From: a candidate division WOR-3 bacterium
GTDB lineage: Bacteria; Hydrothermota; Hydrothermia; LBFQ01
Reading direction: 5' to 3'
Assembly: GCA_027050205.1 (NCBI GenBank)
Contig: JALUCS010000097.1
Span: 17,195-81,194 of the forward strand
DNA length: 64,000 nucleotides
The position numbers and the translations under genes were made by a program. Below, piece by piece: positions 48,712 to 57,461 of this stretch (position 1 is the stretch's first letter; each line of letters opens with the position of its first letter). Under the pieces are notes generated by a model. It was not told where the DNA came from. It worked only from the letters and a program-made list of their open reading frames with translations, and searched no databases.

Positions 48712-50680
48712 ATCTGACGTCAAGCGACCCCGGAACCCTTACAACGAAGGCGTTCCCCTCCTTAACGTCCCCGAAGACCCTCTTTTCGCCCTTGAGGGTG
48801 CCGGTGTCCCCCGCGATGCCGGCGACGAACACGTACCCCCTGGGTCCTACGGCTAAAGCGCGGGTCTCTGCTCCTCCCCTCGGTGAGAGCAGGACGGTGG
48901 CCAAGTGCCGGGAGAGGTCGCTGCTCAACTTACTGACGAACGGGTAGGGGGGACCTATGTCGGGAGGTTCCACCATAAACCACTGCGTTATCCCGGCGAC
49001 GAAGACGTTCCCGCTGTCATCTACGGCGATTGCGTAAGCGAAGTTGTGTTTCTTGTGGGAGAGCGCCGCCGTAGCCAAGAGTTTAAGGTCCTCGGTGAAT
49101 TTGGCCACGAAAACGTAGAAAACGTACATCTTGAAGGGATTTCCCACGACGACCCTCAACTTCGGTAATCTGATGGAAGGGTTGCCTATAGTCCCGGCGA
49201 TGAATACGTCCCCGTTGGAATCTACGGCGATGGACGGAATTGACCAAAGGAAGGGAACTAAGGGCAGAAACACTGTGGATGTGAGGCTGTCTAAGCCGTT
49301 GGACAACCTACCGACGAAGTAAGACGAAATTTTGTGGTGCGGGAATAGGTTGAGAACCTTGATAATTTTGCCGTCCGGGTCAAACTCCTCGGAAGACAAT
49401 GTAAAGCCGGTGATATAGACGTCTCCCTTCGGGCCTACGGCTACGGACCTGGACAAGTCCAACCCCTCCGACCCCAGTACGGCCGTGGCGATGACTTCGG
49501 TTAGGTCGTTGGTTAGCTTACTGACGAAGATGTCGTCTCTTCCGGGCGAACCGAAGACCACCATGTTCGTCGCGAAGTCCTCGTAGTGCTTAGTTATGCC
49601 TAACGCAAAAACGTTCCCATCGCCGTCCATAGATAGGGACTCCACCCTGTCCCCCCTGCTTGAGGCGAGTATTACCGTGGAGATGTGCCGGTTCAGGTCC
49701 CCGCTCAACTTACTGACGAAGGCATCCGTTCCACCCCCCGGTTTACCGAAGACCTTCCTGCTCGGTGCGAACCCGTAGTAATCCTGCGTCCATCCCGCAA
49801 CGAACACCTCCCCGCTGCGGCTCACGAGGACGGCCCTCGCTCCATCGCTCGCCTCCGATCCCAGTACGGCCGTGGCGATGTGTTCCGTAAGGTCGTTGCT
49901 CAACTTACTGACGAAGGCGTCAAAGTAGTAGGGGAAGGTGGAGCCGAAGACCTTCGCATTCGGTGCGAAGTCATCGTAAAGGGCGGTCTCGCCAGCGACG
50001 AAGACGTAGCCGTCGGGTGATACGGCTACAGATGTGGCCGCGTCTACGCTACTGGAGGCCAGTATCGCCGCAACTATCGGGTCAATAACGAGGGTGTGCC
50101 TCCTGTCGTACTCCCCGACTGCAAACTTGAGGGTGTTTCCTGAAAGTACGGGTCTGACCTCAACCTCCTCCGCCCCCTGATAGGCCTTGAGACCGCTTAT
50201 CTTCACAACCTTCTTACCATCCTTGACGATATAGAGGCCATCCCCCTCCACTTTCATATCTCCATCCGTCTCAACCCTTATCTGTTCCGGATCCCCACCG
50301 GGGCGGACGATGAACTGGAGTTCAACGACCCCCCTGCCGTCGGCCGTCAGGACGGCGTCTATCTTCGGATAGACTTCCTTCAGGACGACCCGCCTGTACG
50401 TCGGTACGTTGCTTATGGCCTTCCCTTGGCCGAAGTAGGAGACCTTCGTCTTCAGGGGCATATCGCCCGTTATGAACCTCGGTTTCGTCCCGAAGGATAC
50501 CCTTACGCCGTTGATGTGGATGGTGCCGTCCTTGAGGACGTAGGCCGTCGTCGGGTGCATAGAGTAGAAGACCACCTCGTTGGGCAGCTGGCCGACGTTC
50601 TGGACGAAGAGCATACGGAGGCCCTCACCGTAAAGCCCAACAAGCTCCGGCGATACGGACATCTGGATCAGGAGGAACAT
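48710..50680 (-). CDS. SBBP-repeat beta-propeller exported protein
   Basis: N-domain FVQNVGQL...YRRVVLKEVYPKID..F.V.PGGDP..IDP; repeated DAFVSKLS.DL and AVD..GNVFVAG; ATG 50680 (6 nt after TATAAT) preferred over 50764. Confidence 0.85.
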   Translation of the reverse strand: MFLLIQMSVSPELVGLYGEGLRMLFVQNVGQLPNEVVFYSMHPTTAYVLKDGTIHINGVRVSFGTKPRFITGDMPLKTKVSYFGQGKAISNVPTYRRVVLKEVYPKIDAVLTADGRGVVELQFIVRPGGDPEQIRVETDGDMKVEGDGLYIVKDGKKVVKISGLKAYQGAEEVEVRPVLSGNTLKFAVGEYDRRHTLVIDPIVAAILASSSVDAATSVAVSPDGYVFVAGETALYDDFAPNAKVFGSTFPYYFDAFVSKLSNDLTEHIATAVLGSEASDGARAVLVSRSGEVFVAGWTQDYYGFAPSRKVFGKPGGGTDAFVSKLSGDLNRHISTVILASSRGDRVESLSMDGDGNVFALGITKHYEDFATNMVVFGSPGRDDIFVSKLTNDLTEVIATAVLGSEGLDLSRSVAVGPKGDVYITGFTLSSEEFDPDGKIIKVLNLFPHHKISSYFVGRLSNGLDSLTSTVFLPLVPFLWSIPSIAVDSNGDVFIAGTIGNPSIRLPKLRVVVGNPFKMYVFYVFVAKFTEDLKLLATAALSHKKHNFAYAIAVDDSGNVFVAGITQWFMVEPPDIGPPYPFVSKLSSDLSRHLATVLLSPRGGAETRALAVGPRGYVFVAGIAGDTGTLKGEKRVFGDVKEGNAFVVRVPGSLDVR

Positions 50681-50718
50681 TGGACGATTATAGAGCCGGA
50701 AGTTGGGCCGTGGTGCGA

Positions 50719-51807
50719 TTAACGGTGCTTTTCCTCCAAAGCCGAGGCGAAAGTGGTCGCCCACCTGTCGGGTGTGGCCAACTCCTCTACCCTCTTACGG
50801 GCGTAGGAGACGAGGTCCTCCCTCCTGCGTGGGTCTTTGAGATGCTCAACCTTACGGGCTATCTCCCCCACATCACCAACGGGGAAGATGGCGTACGGTG
50901 GTAGGAAGTCCTTGGCACCCACACCGGAGGAGACAAGAACCGCAACGGAGGACAGGACGGCCTCAACTACGACGAAGCCGAAAACCTCCCAACGGGAGGG
51001 GAGGACGAGGAGGTCGTACCTCCGGTAAAGGTTCGGCATCTCCTCGTAAGGGCGGCTTCTTAGGAAACGGACCCTGCCTCCGAGTCCCAACCTCTCGGAA
51101 AGATCCTTCAGTTCATCCATAAGCGGGCCTTCCCCTACGATGTCAAGGGCCACCCCCCCGACCCCGGTAAGGGCGAAGAGGAGATCCGGAATCCTTTTGA
51201 CCTTTATCAGGCGGCCGACGAACAGGAGGGATAGGCACCTACCCCTGTGCCTCTTATCGTACCGGAACCTGTCCGCCTTGAAGGCCGTATGCGCCACCAT
51301 CACCCTCTTAGCACCGAGCCGACGGGCGTGTTCCGCCGCCAAGGTCGTAGCCGCCACCACTACATCGGCGTTGGAGAAGAGGAGGAACCGGATGGGGATG
51401 CGGTAGGGTACCCCCCACCATCCCCCGAAGGTTAAGGATGGGGCGCCACTCCACAGGACGTAAGGCACCCCCTCACCGACCGACCTCAAGGCCAGGAGCA
51501 ACTCCGAAGGTGTCAGACCACCGCTGATGACCACCTTCCTGAAGTGCCGCAACGGGGGTAGGCGGGTCGGGAGGAAGGCGTAGCCCTCGTCGGCGGCGAA
51601 GCCGATGGAGGTCTTCACCCTGCGGGTCTCCATTATCTCGTACCGGAAGTTGGCCCTCCTTAGGGTCCTCTCCCAACCCTTTCGCTTGGGGACGGACTTG
51701 GCGTAGAAGAAGAAGACTATCCGACCCGACAGGATTTCACTCAAACGGTTAAACAGGTCCACCTTTTGAGGGGTGGGGAAGTTCGTAAAGAAGGCGTACT
51801 CCCTCAC
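50719..51807 (-). CDS. Glycosyltransferase family 4
   Basis: LLFVGRLIKVK and DLLVLPSRWEVFGFVVVEA motifs. Confidence 0.88.
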   Translation of the reverse strand: MREYAFFTNFPTPQKVDLFNRLSEILSGRIVFFFYAKSVPKRKGWERTLRRANFRYEIMETRRVKTSIGFAADEGYAFLPTRLPPLRHFRKVVISGGLTPSELLLALRSVGEGVPYVLWSGAPSLTFGGWWGVPYRIPIRFLLFSNADVVVAATTLAAEHARRLGAKRVMVAHTAFKADRFRYDKRHRGRCLSLLFVGRLIKVKRIPDLLFALTGVGGVALDIVGEGPLMDELKDLSERLGLGGRVRFLRSRPYEEMPNLYRRYDLLVLPSRWEVFGFVVVEAVLSSVAVLVSSGVGAKDFLPPYAIFPVGDVGEIARKVEHLKDPRRREDLVSYARKRVEELATPDRWATTFASALEEKHR

Positions 51808-52184
51808 TTACCCTGTTGGGGCGTAGGTTGGGTGGGCTTGGCCGGGGCCACCGCACCACCCTGGGCGGGTGGAGCCTGACGCTGAAGCTCCTGTAGGACC
51901 TTATAGACCGTCCCCTTGCCCGCCTCACGGGCAACGACGGAGGTTGAGGCCGTACCCGCCCCCGACATCATAGACAGGATGAAGGCCATGACCCCGAAGG
52001 CTACGCCGAGTCCGATGGTCAGGTTGGTAAAGAAGGTGGGAGCCGTCTTCACCCCTATGACGTTCTCAACCCCCCCACCGAAGGCTATACCGAGACCGCC
52101 CCCCGTCCGAGGCTCCTGAATGAGTACAACGACAATCATCACGAGGACGAGGAGGATGTATAAAACGATAAGGGCCACGTACAT
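51804..52184 (-). CDS. secG: Preprotein translocase subunit SecG
   Basis: Two TM helices around VLIQEPRTGGGLGIAFGGG; LTNLT-type second segment; polar tail. Confidence 0.9.
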   Translation of the reverse strand: MYVALIVLYILLVLVMIVVVLIQEPRTGGGLGIAFGGGVENVIGVKTAPTFFTNLTIGLGVAFGVMAFILSMMSGAGTASTSVVAREAGKGTVYKVLQELQRQAPPAQGGAVAPAKPTQPTPQQGK

Positions 52185-52190
52185 AGAGGA

Positions 52191-52838
52191 CTATTCTAAG
52201 GGTGGAGAGGGAGGCTTTCCCGTCTGGCCGGCGATGGCGTGGAGGAGGAACGCCAGGAGCAGTAAGGGCAAAAGCCGCCAATCCCCTTTGGCCTTCGGTA
52301 GAGGGACCACTACGTCCAACTTTCTATCGGGGTCGTAGGGACCGTCCCCCACCAGTCTAAGGGCCGAGAACCCCGGAATCCTAGCCACCCTTAGGGACCC
52401 CGCCATCACCGTTGAAGGAAGGGAGGAGTCGGGCGAGAGTAGGAGGACCTCTACGTAGTCTATGGGTACCGGAAAGTCCCCGTTCAGGACGTTCAGGCGG
52501 AGGGTTCCCCTTCTGGGATAGAGGCGGTAGAAGAGGGTTATCCTGTGCCTTCCTGGAGGGAGGCAGCCCTCCCCCAAGGTTATGAGGGTGGCGGTGTCGG
52601 TGGTGGTGTGGGAGATGGGCATAGGCCGGGTGTTGTCGTAGGCTCGGAGGGGTTCAACCTCCCCAGAGGAAGCGGGTACGGCTCTCCGGAGCGGGCCTCC
52701 CAACCTCTTACCGGCGACGATCAGGGAGTAGTCTTCCCGGACCTCTACGGGGTATCCGAGTCTCACTATACTCCTGCGGTAGGTCATCCTCTCGGAGTAG
52801 GGGGCGGTGTCGCAGGCGAAGGAGAGGAGTAGAAGCAC
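52191..52838 (-). CDS. Hypothetical membrane protein, DUF2207-like
   Basis: LRLNVLNGDFPVPIDYVEV segment; C-terminal TM. Confidence 0.55.
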   Translation of the reverse strand: MLLLLSFACDTAPYSERMTYRRSIVRLGYPVEVREDYSLIVAGKRLGGPLRRAVPASSGEVEPLRAYDNTRPMPISHTTTDTATLITLGEGCLPPGRHRITLFYRLYPRRGTLRLNVLNGDFPVPIDYVEVLLLSPDSSLPSTVMAGSLRVARIPGFSALRLVGDGPYDPDRKLDVVVPLPKAKGDWRLLPLLLLAFLLHAIAGQTGKPPSPPLE

Positions 52839-52839
52839 G

Positions 52840-53604
52840 TCAGTAAAGCTCCGGTCTCCTGTCCTTTAGGACGTTTATGCTCTCTCTTGCCGACTTCACC
52901 TCTTCGGTTTCTATCTCCACCACCCCTACGGCCTCCCGTTTGCCCAGCGTAAGGAGTACCTCGCCGGAGGGGGAAATCACGGCGGAGTTCCCACCGTAGG
53001 TTATGCCGTTCTCCTCCCCGACCCGGTTGGTTCCGACTACGAATATACCGTTCTCGGCGGCACGGGATACGAGGAGGGACCTCCACACCTCCACCCTGAC
53101 CAACGGCCACTGGGCGGGGACGAATACCACCTCGGCACCGGAGAGGGCGAGCTTACGGAAGGCCTCCGGAAACCTTAGGTCGTAGCATATCTGCAGCCCC
53201 GCCTTTACGCCCCCGAAGGCCACGAAAGCCCCTATCTTATCCCCGGCCGCAAACATCTCCCCTTCCCTTAAGGGTAAAAAGAGGTGGACCTTGTCGTAGT
53301 AGGAGGCTATCCTCCCGTCCCTATCTATCACCACGGCCGTATTCCTGACCCTCCCGTCCTCGTCCCTCCGGGCGAAGGAGAAGACGAAGGCCACCCCTTT
53401 ATCTTCGGCCAGTTCCCTCAACCTCGTTATGGTCTCCCCTCTAAAGCTCTCCGCCTTACCTACGGGGTCCTTGTAGCCCGTAGTGAGAAGCTCCGGTAGT
53501 ACGTAGATGTGCGCCCGGAAGTCCCGGACGCTACTTTCTACCTTTCTTAGGACTTCCTCCCTCGTCGTCGTGTCTAACTGCACGAGAGCTATCCTTAACC
53601 TCAC
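52840..53604 (-). CDS. Carbon-nitrogen hydrolase (nitrilase/omega-amidase family)
   Basis: Catalytic triad LPEL, YDKVHLF and ICYDLRFPE. Confidence 0.92.
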   Translation of the reverse strand: MRLRIALVQLDTTTREEVLRKVESSVRDFRAHIYVLPELLTTGYKDPVGKAESFRGETITRLRELAEDKGVAFVFSFARRDEDGRVRNTAVVIDRDGRIASYYDKVHLFLPLREGEMFAAGDKIGAFVAFGGVKAGLQICYDLRFPEAFRKLALSGAEVVFVPAQWPLVRVEVWRSLLVSRAAENGIFVVGTNRVGEENGITYGGNSAVISPSGEVLLTLGKREAVGVVEIETEEVKSARESINVLKDRRPELY

Positions 53605-53782
53605 GGCTTACCCCCTTTTTCAAAAGCACCATATCGGTTTTATACACCGTTATGGCCGCCCTTATCCGTCCCATCTCGGCCTCCAACCTCCTCAACTCCG
53701 CGTAGTTGTACAGGAAGGTGATAAGGCTGAAGAGGAACCACAGGATGGCGATGGCGTACCCGAAGGCTACTATCCACCTCAT
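53531..53782 (-). CDS. Small TM plus coiled-coil protein (FtsB/DivIC-like architecture)
   Basis: ATG 53782 overlaps the pyrR TGA; MRWIVAFGYAIAILWFLFSL followed by a heptad segment; 3' end overlaps the nitrilase start. Confidence 0.45.
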   Translation of the reverse strand: MRWIVAFGYAIAILWFLFSLITFLYNYAELRRLEAEMGRIRAAITVYKTDMVLLKKGVSREVKDSSRAVRHDDEGGSPKKGRK

Positions 53783-54312
53783 CGCTCTACTATCAGAACC
53801 CTCGGTGCGGGTACGTCGTCCGTTTCGGGACATTGGACTTTCACTATCTGTCTCTCCGTCGTGGTTATGGCCTTACCGACGATATCGGCGTGTATGGGCA
53901 GCTCCCTCCACCCCCTGTCTATCAAGACGGCCAACTTCACCACCTTGGGCCTCCCGAACTCAAATATCTGGTCCAGGGCCGCTCTGACCGTTCTACCCGT
54001 GTAGAGGACGTCGTCCACTAAGAGTACCCTTCGGTCGTCTAAGGAGAACGGGAGGTTCGTACCCTTCACCTTCGGAGCCTCGGAGACGAGGGAGAGGTCG
54101 TCCCGGTAGAAGGTTATGTCCACCTCACCGAGCTGGACGTCGTAGCCGGAGAAGGCTTTGAGGTTCTCCTTTAACCTCCGGGCCAAGGGGACCCCGCGGG
54201 TCTTTATACCTACGATGATGAGGTTCTCCAGATCCTCAAACTCCTCCCAGACCTGAAGGGCCATCCGTTTTAGGGTGCGGTTTATCTGCTCCTCGTTCAT
54301 CAGGACGTACAT
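53779..54312 (-). CDS. pyrR: Bifunctional pyr regulator/uracil phosphoribosyltransferase
   Basis: GIKTRG, DITFYRDD, LVDDVLYTGRTVRAA and DRGWRELPIHAD motifs. Confidence 0.96.
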   Translation of the reverse strand: MYVLMNEEQINRTLKRMALQVWEEFEDLENLIIVGIKTRGVPLARRLKENLKAFSGYDVQLGEVDITFYRDDLSLVSEAPKVKGTNLPFSLDDRRVLLVDDVLYTGRTVRAALDQIFEFGRPKVVKLAVLIDRGWRELPIHADIVGKAITTTERQIVKVQCPETDDVPAPRVLIVER

Positions 54313-54332
54313 AGGCGGTATTTTACGGAGGA

Positions 54333-54431
54333 CTGGCGTAGTTTCCCGTATCCGGCATTAAGCCAGTAGAGGGATCCCTATCCGCTGTCGGGGGTCCCGT
54401 TCGCCATCGGACGGAAGGCGAACGTATTTTT
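54333..54431 (+). ncRNA. Candidate small structured RNA (three hairpins ending in a U-tract)
   Basis: CTGGC/GCCAG, GGGATCCC/GGGGTCCC and CGTTCGCC/GGCGAACG stems followed by TATTTTT; family not recognised. Confidence 0.25.
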
Positions 54432-54944
54432 AAAATCTGAAACTTACCCTTTAGAAAATCGCTAATACCTATTTAGGAAATATAAAGGCTTACTTTCGTA
54501 AACTGAAAGCCCATTTTAAAATTCCACTTCCCCGTTTGATAGGGCTACGGAGCAATCCCCACCCCATCAGCGTAATGCGATACGGGGAATGATCTTAGAG
54601 GATGTATCACACTATCCGCCAATACTCATCCGACAACTCCTCAAATCGTACCGTCGCACATTCCAACGTATTTGGGTGTAAGTTAGGCACCTGCTCGTGC
54701 GATCGGTCCTATGACGACTGAAAGGAGAGGGATAAGCGTTCGGTGATGCACTTTCAAAATCCGCAATTATGACTTCAAGGAACTGAAAGTCGTACTTCAA
54801 GAAATCGTAAGTTACACTTAAGAATTCTTGATCTCCCCATTAACAGACTTTGAACACATCGCATACCCACCGTCTGCCGAATACCCGCCTACGTCCCCTC
54901 GGAGGTTGGCCACCACCCTATCCCTCCCTTAAAATCTCCGTACG

Positions 54945-55628
54945 ATGTGGAACTTCCTCGCGGCTATTCTCCTACCCTCTTCAAAGTACGCCGTAGGGTT
55001 CAGCGGACTCTGGTTTGACTTCGGGGGAGAGGTTGCCAACTTCCAACACGGGTATGGCCGTTTTATCTTGGAGGATGATGGGGAAGGGGTGCTATTCTCC
55101 AAGGGGAAGGCCGCACTATTCGGATGGGGGGTAAAGGGAGGGGTGTTGCTCCGTTTCGGTCCCCGTCCTGTCTTCGTTGGCTTGGGGGTATCTCACTACG
55201 TCGGTTCGGGTGGTACGACCTACAGAGGAGCGAAGTGGACCGACTTTAGGGGGAGGCATATAGTTAGGGCTAGCTGGGGGTTGCTTCCTTGGAAGGCGTC
55301 CGTCTCTACCCTGCGGCTCTCCGTCGGTTATATAGTCAGGCTATCTTCCAACGTTCTATGGGTCGGGGTTTCCCCCGGACGTATGTCCCTCTCTATGAAT
55401 CTGGACTGGGATCTCCTAGAGGAATACGACGGCCTGTTCATCGGTGCCTTTGCGACACTTTACCGCCGATACCGTCCTTTCTTCTTGGGAATTTCGCTCT
55501 CTTACGATTTCCTACCGGATTTGAGGCGACGGACCAAGAATATATACGGTTTTTTCCCCGACCGTCTGATGGGGAACTCCAATCTGGGGATAGGCTTCAA
55601 GGTGAAGTACCTGTGGGTGATGATGTGA
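54945..55628 (+). CDS. Hypothetical outer-membrane beta-barrel-like protein
   Basis: Alternating hydrophobic strands, aromatic-rich, ends LGIGFKVKYLWVMM; TAAAAT 9 nt upstream. Confidence 0.6.
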   Translation: MWNFLAAILLPSSKYAVGFSGLWFDFGGEVANFQHGYGRFILEDDGEGVLFSKGKAALFGWGVKGGVLLRFGPRPVFVGLGVSHYVGSGGTTYRGAKWTDFRGRHIVRASWGLLPWKASVSTLRLSVGYIVRLSSNVLWVGVSPGRMSLSMNLDWDLLEEYDGLFIGAFATLYRRYRPFFLGISLSYDFLPDLRRRTKNIYGFFPDRLMGNSNLGIGFKVKYLWVMM

Positions 55629-55697
55629 GGAGAACCAACGCAGATATGCCGGAAAACCCGTCCTCTACGGGGCCTTCGGCGGTAAAATCACCACCCT

Positions 55698-56438
55698 ATG
55701 AAGGTACTGGTATTCATAAAACGTACCCCTGACACCGCAGCCGTCGTCAAACCCACGGCCGACGGCAAGGACATAGTCAGGGACGGCCTCGCCTTTATCA
55801 TCAACCCCTACGACGAGTTCGCCGTGCAGGAGGCCGTGAACGTAAAGGCGGCCAAGGGTGGTGAGACCGTAGTTATGACGGTGGGGGACGACGCCTCCAC
55901 CGAGCAGCTCCGCCGCGCCCTCGCCATGGGCATAGACAGGGCTATACTGGTCAAGCACGATAGGTTCTGGGAGCTGAACCCCTCGCAGGTCGGGTACGCC
56001 ATAGCAGAGATAGCGAAGAAGGAGAAACCCGACCTCATCCTTATGGGGAAGGTCACCATAGACGACTACACCTACGCCCTCGCCGGGTACGTCGCCCAGG
56101 CCCTCGGCTACAACCTCGTCACCTACGCCACCAAGATAGAGTACGGCGACACCTCCATGAAGGTGGAGAGGGAGAGCGACCTCGGTAAAGAGACGTGGGA
56201 GGTACCCTATCCCGCCGTCATCAGCGCCGAGAAGGGCCTGAACGAGCCGAAGATCCCCAGCGTTATGGGGATAATGAAGGCCAAAAAGAAGCCCCTTGAC
56301 GTCGTGGAGATGGAGCTGCCGTCCTACACCTACGAGATCGTGCAATTCACCCCGCCGCCTCCGAGGAAGGGAGTCAAGCTCCTTGAGAGCGTAGACGACC
56401 TCATAAGGGTTCTCAAAGAGGAGGTGAAGATACTATGA
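55698..56438 (+). CDS. etfB: Electron transfer flavoprotein beta subunit
   Basis: INPYDEFAVQEA, RALAMGIDRA and LNEPKIPS motifs. Confidence 0.96.
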   Translation: MKVLVFIKRTPDTAAVVKPTADGKDIVRDGLAFIINPYDEFAVQEAVNVKAAKGGETVVMTVGDDASTEQLRRALAMGIDRAILVKHDRFWELNPSQVGYAIAEIAKKEKPDLILMGKVTIDDYTYALAGYVAQALGYNLVTYATKIEYGDTSMKVERESDLGKETWEVPYPAVISAEKGLNEPKIPSVMGIMKAKKKPLDVVEMELPSYTYEIVQFTPPPPRKGVKLLESVDDLIRVLKEEVKIL

Positions 56439-57382
56439 AAGCCCTCGTCTTCGTTGAGACCGTAAAGGGAAAGGTAAAGGAGGCTTCGCTTGAGGCCATA
56501 GGCTTCGCCCATATGGTGGCCGACGAGGTCGTGGCGGTGGTCGTGGGTAAGGGGGTTGAGAGGAACCTGAAGGGCGTAAAGAAGGCCTACGTTTACGAGG
56601 ACGACCGCCTTGAGTACCCTCTGTCAGCCCCCATCGCCAAGGTGATGGAGGAGGTGCAGGCCAAGGAGGGTGCCAAGTACGTTATCCTCTCCGCCACCCC
56701 CTTCGGGAAAGAGCTGGGTGGAAGGCTGGCCGCCCTCTTCAACGCCCCCATCCTTGACGACTTCACCGGGTACGAGGACGGCCTCTTCGTGAAGGGCTTC
56801 TACTCCAACAAGGTCTTCGCCCGCATAAAGATAGACGGGGATACGGTCGTACTCTCCCCCCGTCCCAAGGCCTTCAAGCCCACGGAGGACGCCACCGAGC
56901 CGGAGTACGTGGACCTCTCCCTCTCCCTTGACGACAGCCTCTTCGCCGCTCACCCAGTTGAGATAAAGGAGAAGTCCCCCGAGGAGATAGACGTCACCGA
57001 GGCCGACATAGTCGTCTCCGGTGGCAGGGGGATGGGCAGCGCCGAGAACTACCAGAAGTGGATCCCCGCCCTCAAGGACGCCCTCGCCAAGGCTACGGGC
57101 CTGAAGGTGGCCTACGGCGCCTCCCGTGCGGCGGTCGACGCCGGGTGGGTAGACCACTCCCATCAGGTGGGCCAGACCGGTAAGACGGTCTCCCCTCTGG
57201 TGTACTTCGCCATCGGCATATCCGGGGCGATACAGCACCAGGCCGGTATGCGCACATCCAAGGTCATAATCGCCATAAACAAGGACCCGGAGGCCCCCAT
57301 ATTTGGCCTCGCGGACTACGGTATCGTTGCGAAGTGGGAGGACACCCTCCCGGAGCTCATAGAGAAGCTGAAGGGCGAGTAA
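56435..57382 (+). CDS. etfA: Electron transfer flavoprotein alpha subunit
   Basis: VVSGGRG, GASRAAVDAGW, QVGQTGK, GISGAIQH and AINKDPEAPIF motifs. Confidence 0.96.
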   Translation: MKALVFVETVKGKVKEASLEAIGFAHMVADEVVAVVVGKGVERNLKGVKKAYVYEDDRLEYPLSAPIAKVMEEVQAKEGAKYVILSATPFGKELGGRLAALFNAPILDDFTGYEDGLFVKGFYSNKVFARIKIDGDTVVLSPRPKAFKPTEDATEPEYVDLSLSLDDSLFAAHPVEIKEKSPEEIDVTEADIVVSGGRGMGSAENYQKWIPALKDALAKATGLKVAYGASRAAVDAGWVDHSHQVGQTGKTVSPLVYFAIGISGAIQHQAGMRTSKVIIAINKDPEAPIFGLADYGIVAKWEDTLPELIEKLKGE

Positions 57383-57403
57383 GAGTGGCTCCAACGTACG
57401 GAA

Positions 57404-57434
57404 GGGGAGGGGGAGACCCCTCCCTTTTTGTTTT
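57404..57434 (+). terminator. Intrinsic terminator after etfA
   Basis: GGGAGGGG-GAGA-CCCCTCCC followed by TTTTTGTTTT. Confidence 0.8.
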
Positions 57435-57461
57435 CGGCCCCACCCCGTATAATACGGACCG

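Noticed and set aside
50681-50764. ORF-track starts at 50764, 25970, 25985, 31356, 31526, 19183 and 60722
   Set aside because: Downstream starts fit the -10 or SD geometry and protein N-termini better; some extensions overlap neighbouring genes or the -10 box itself.
54313-54440. PyrR attenuator
   Set aside because: No ARUCCNGNGAGGYU binding loop and no minus-strand terminator; pyrR has a -10 box 7 nt before its ATG and no pyr biosynthetic genes follow.
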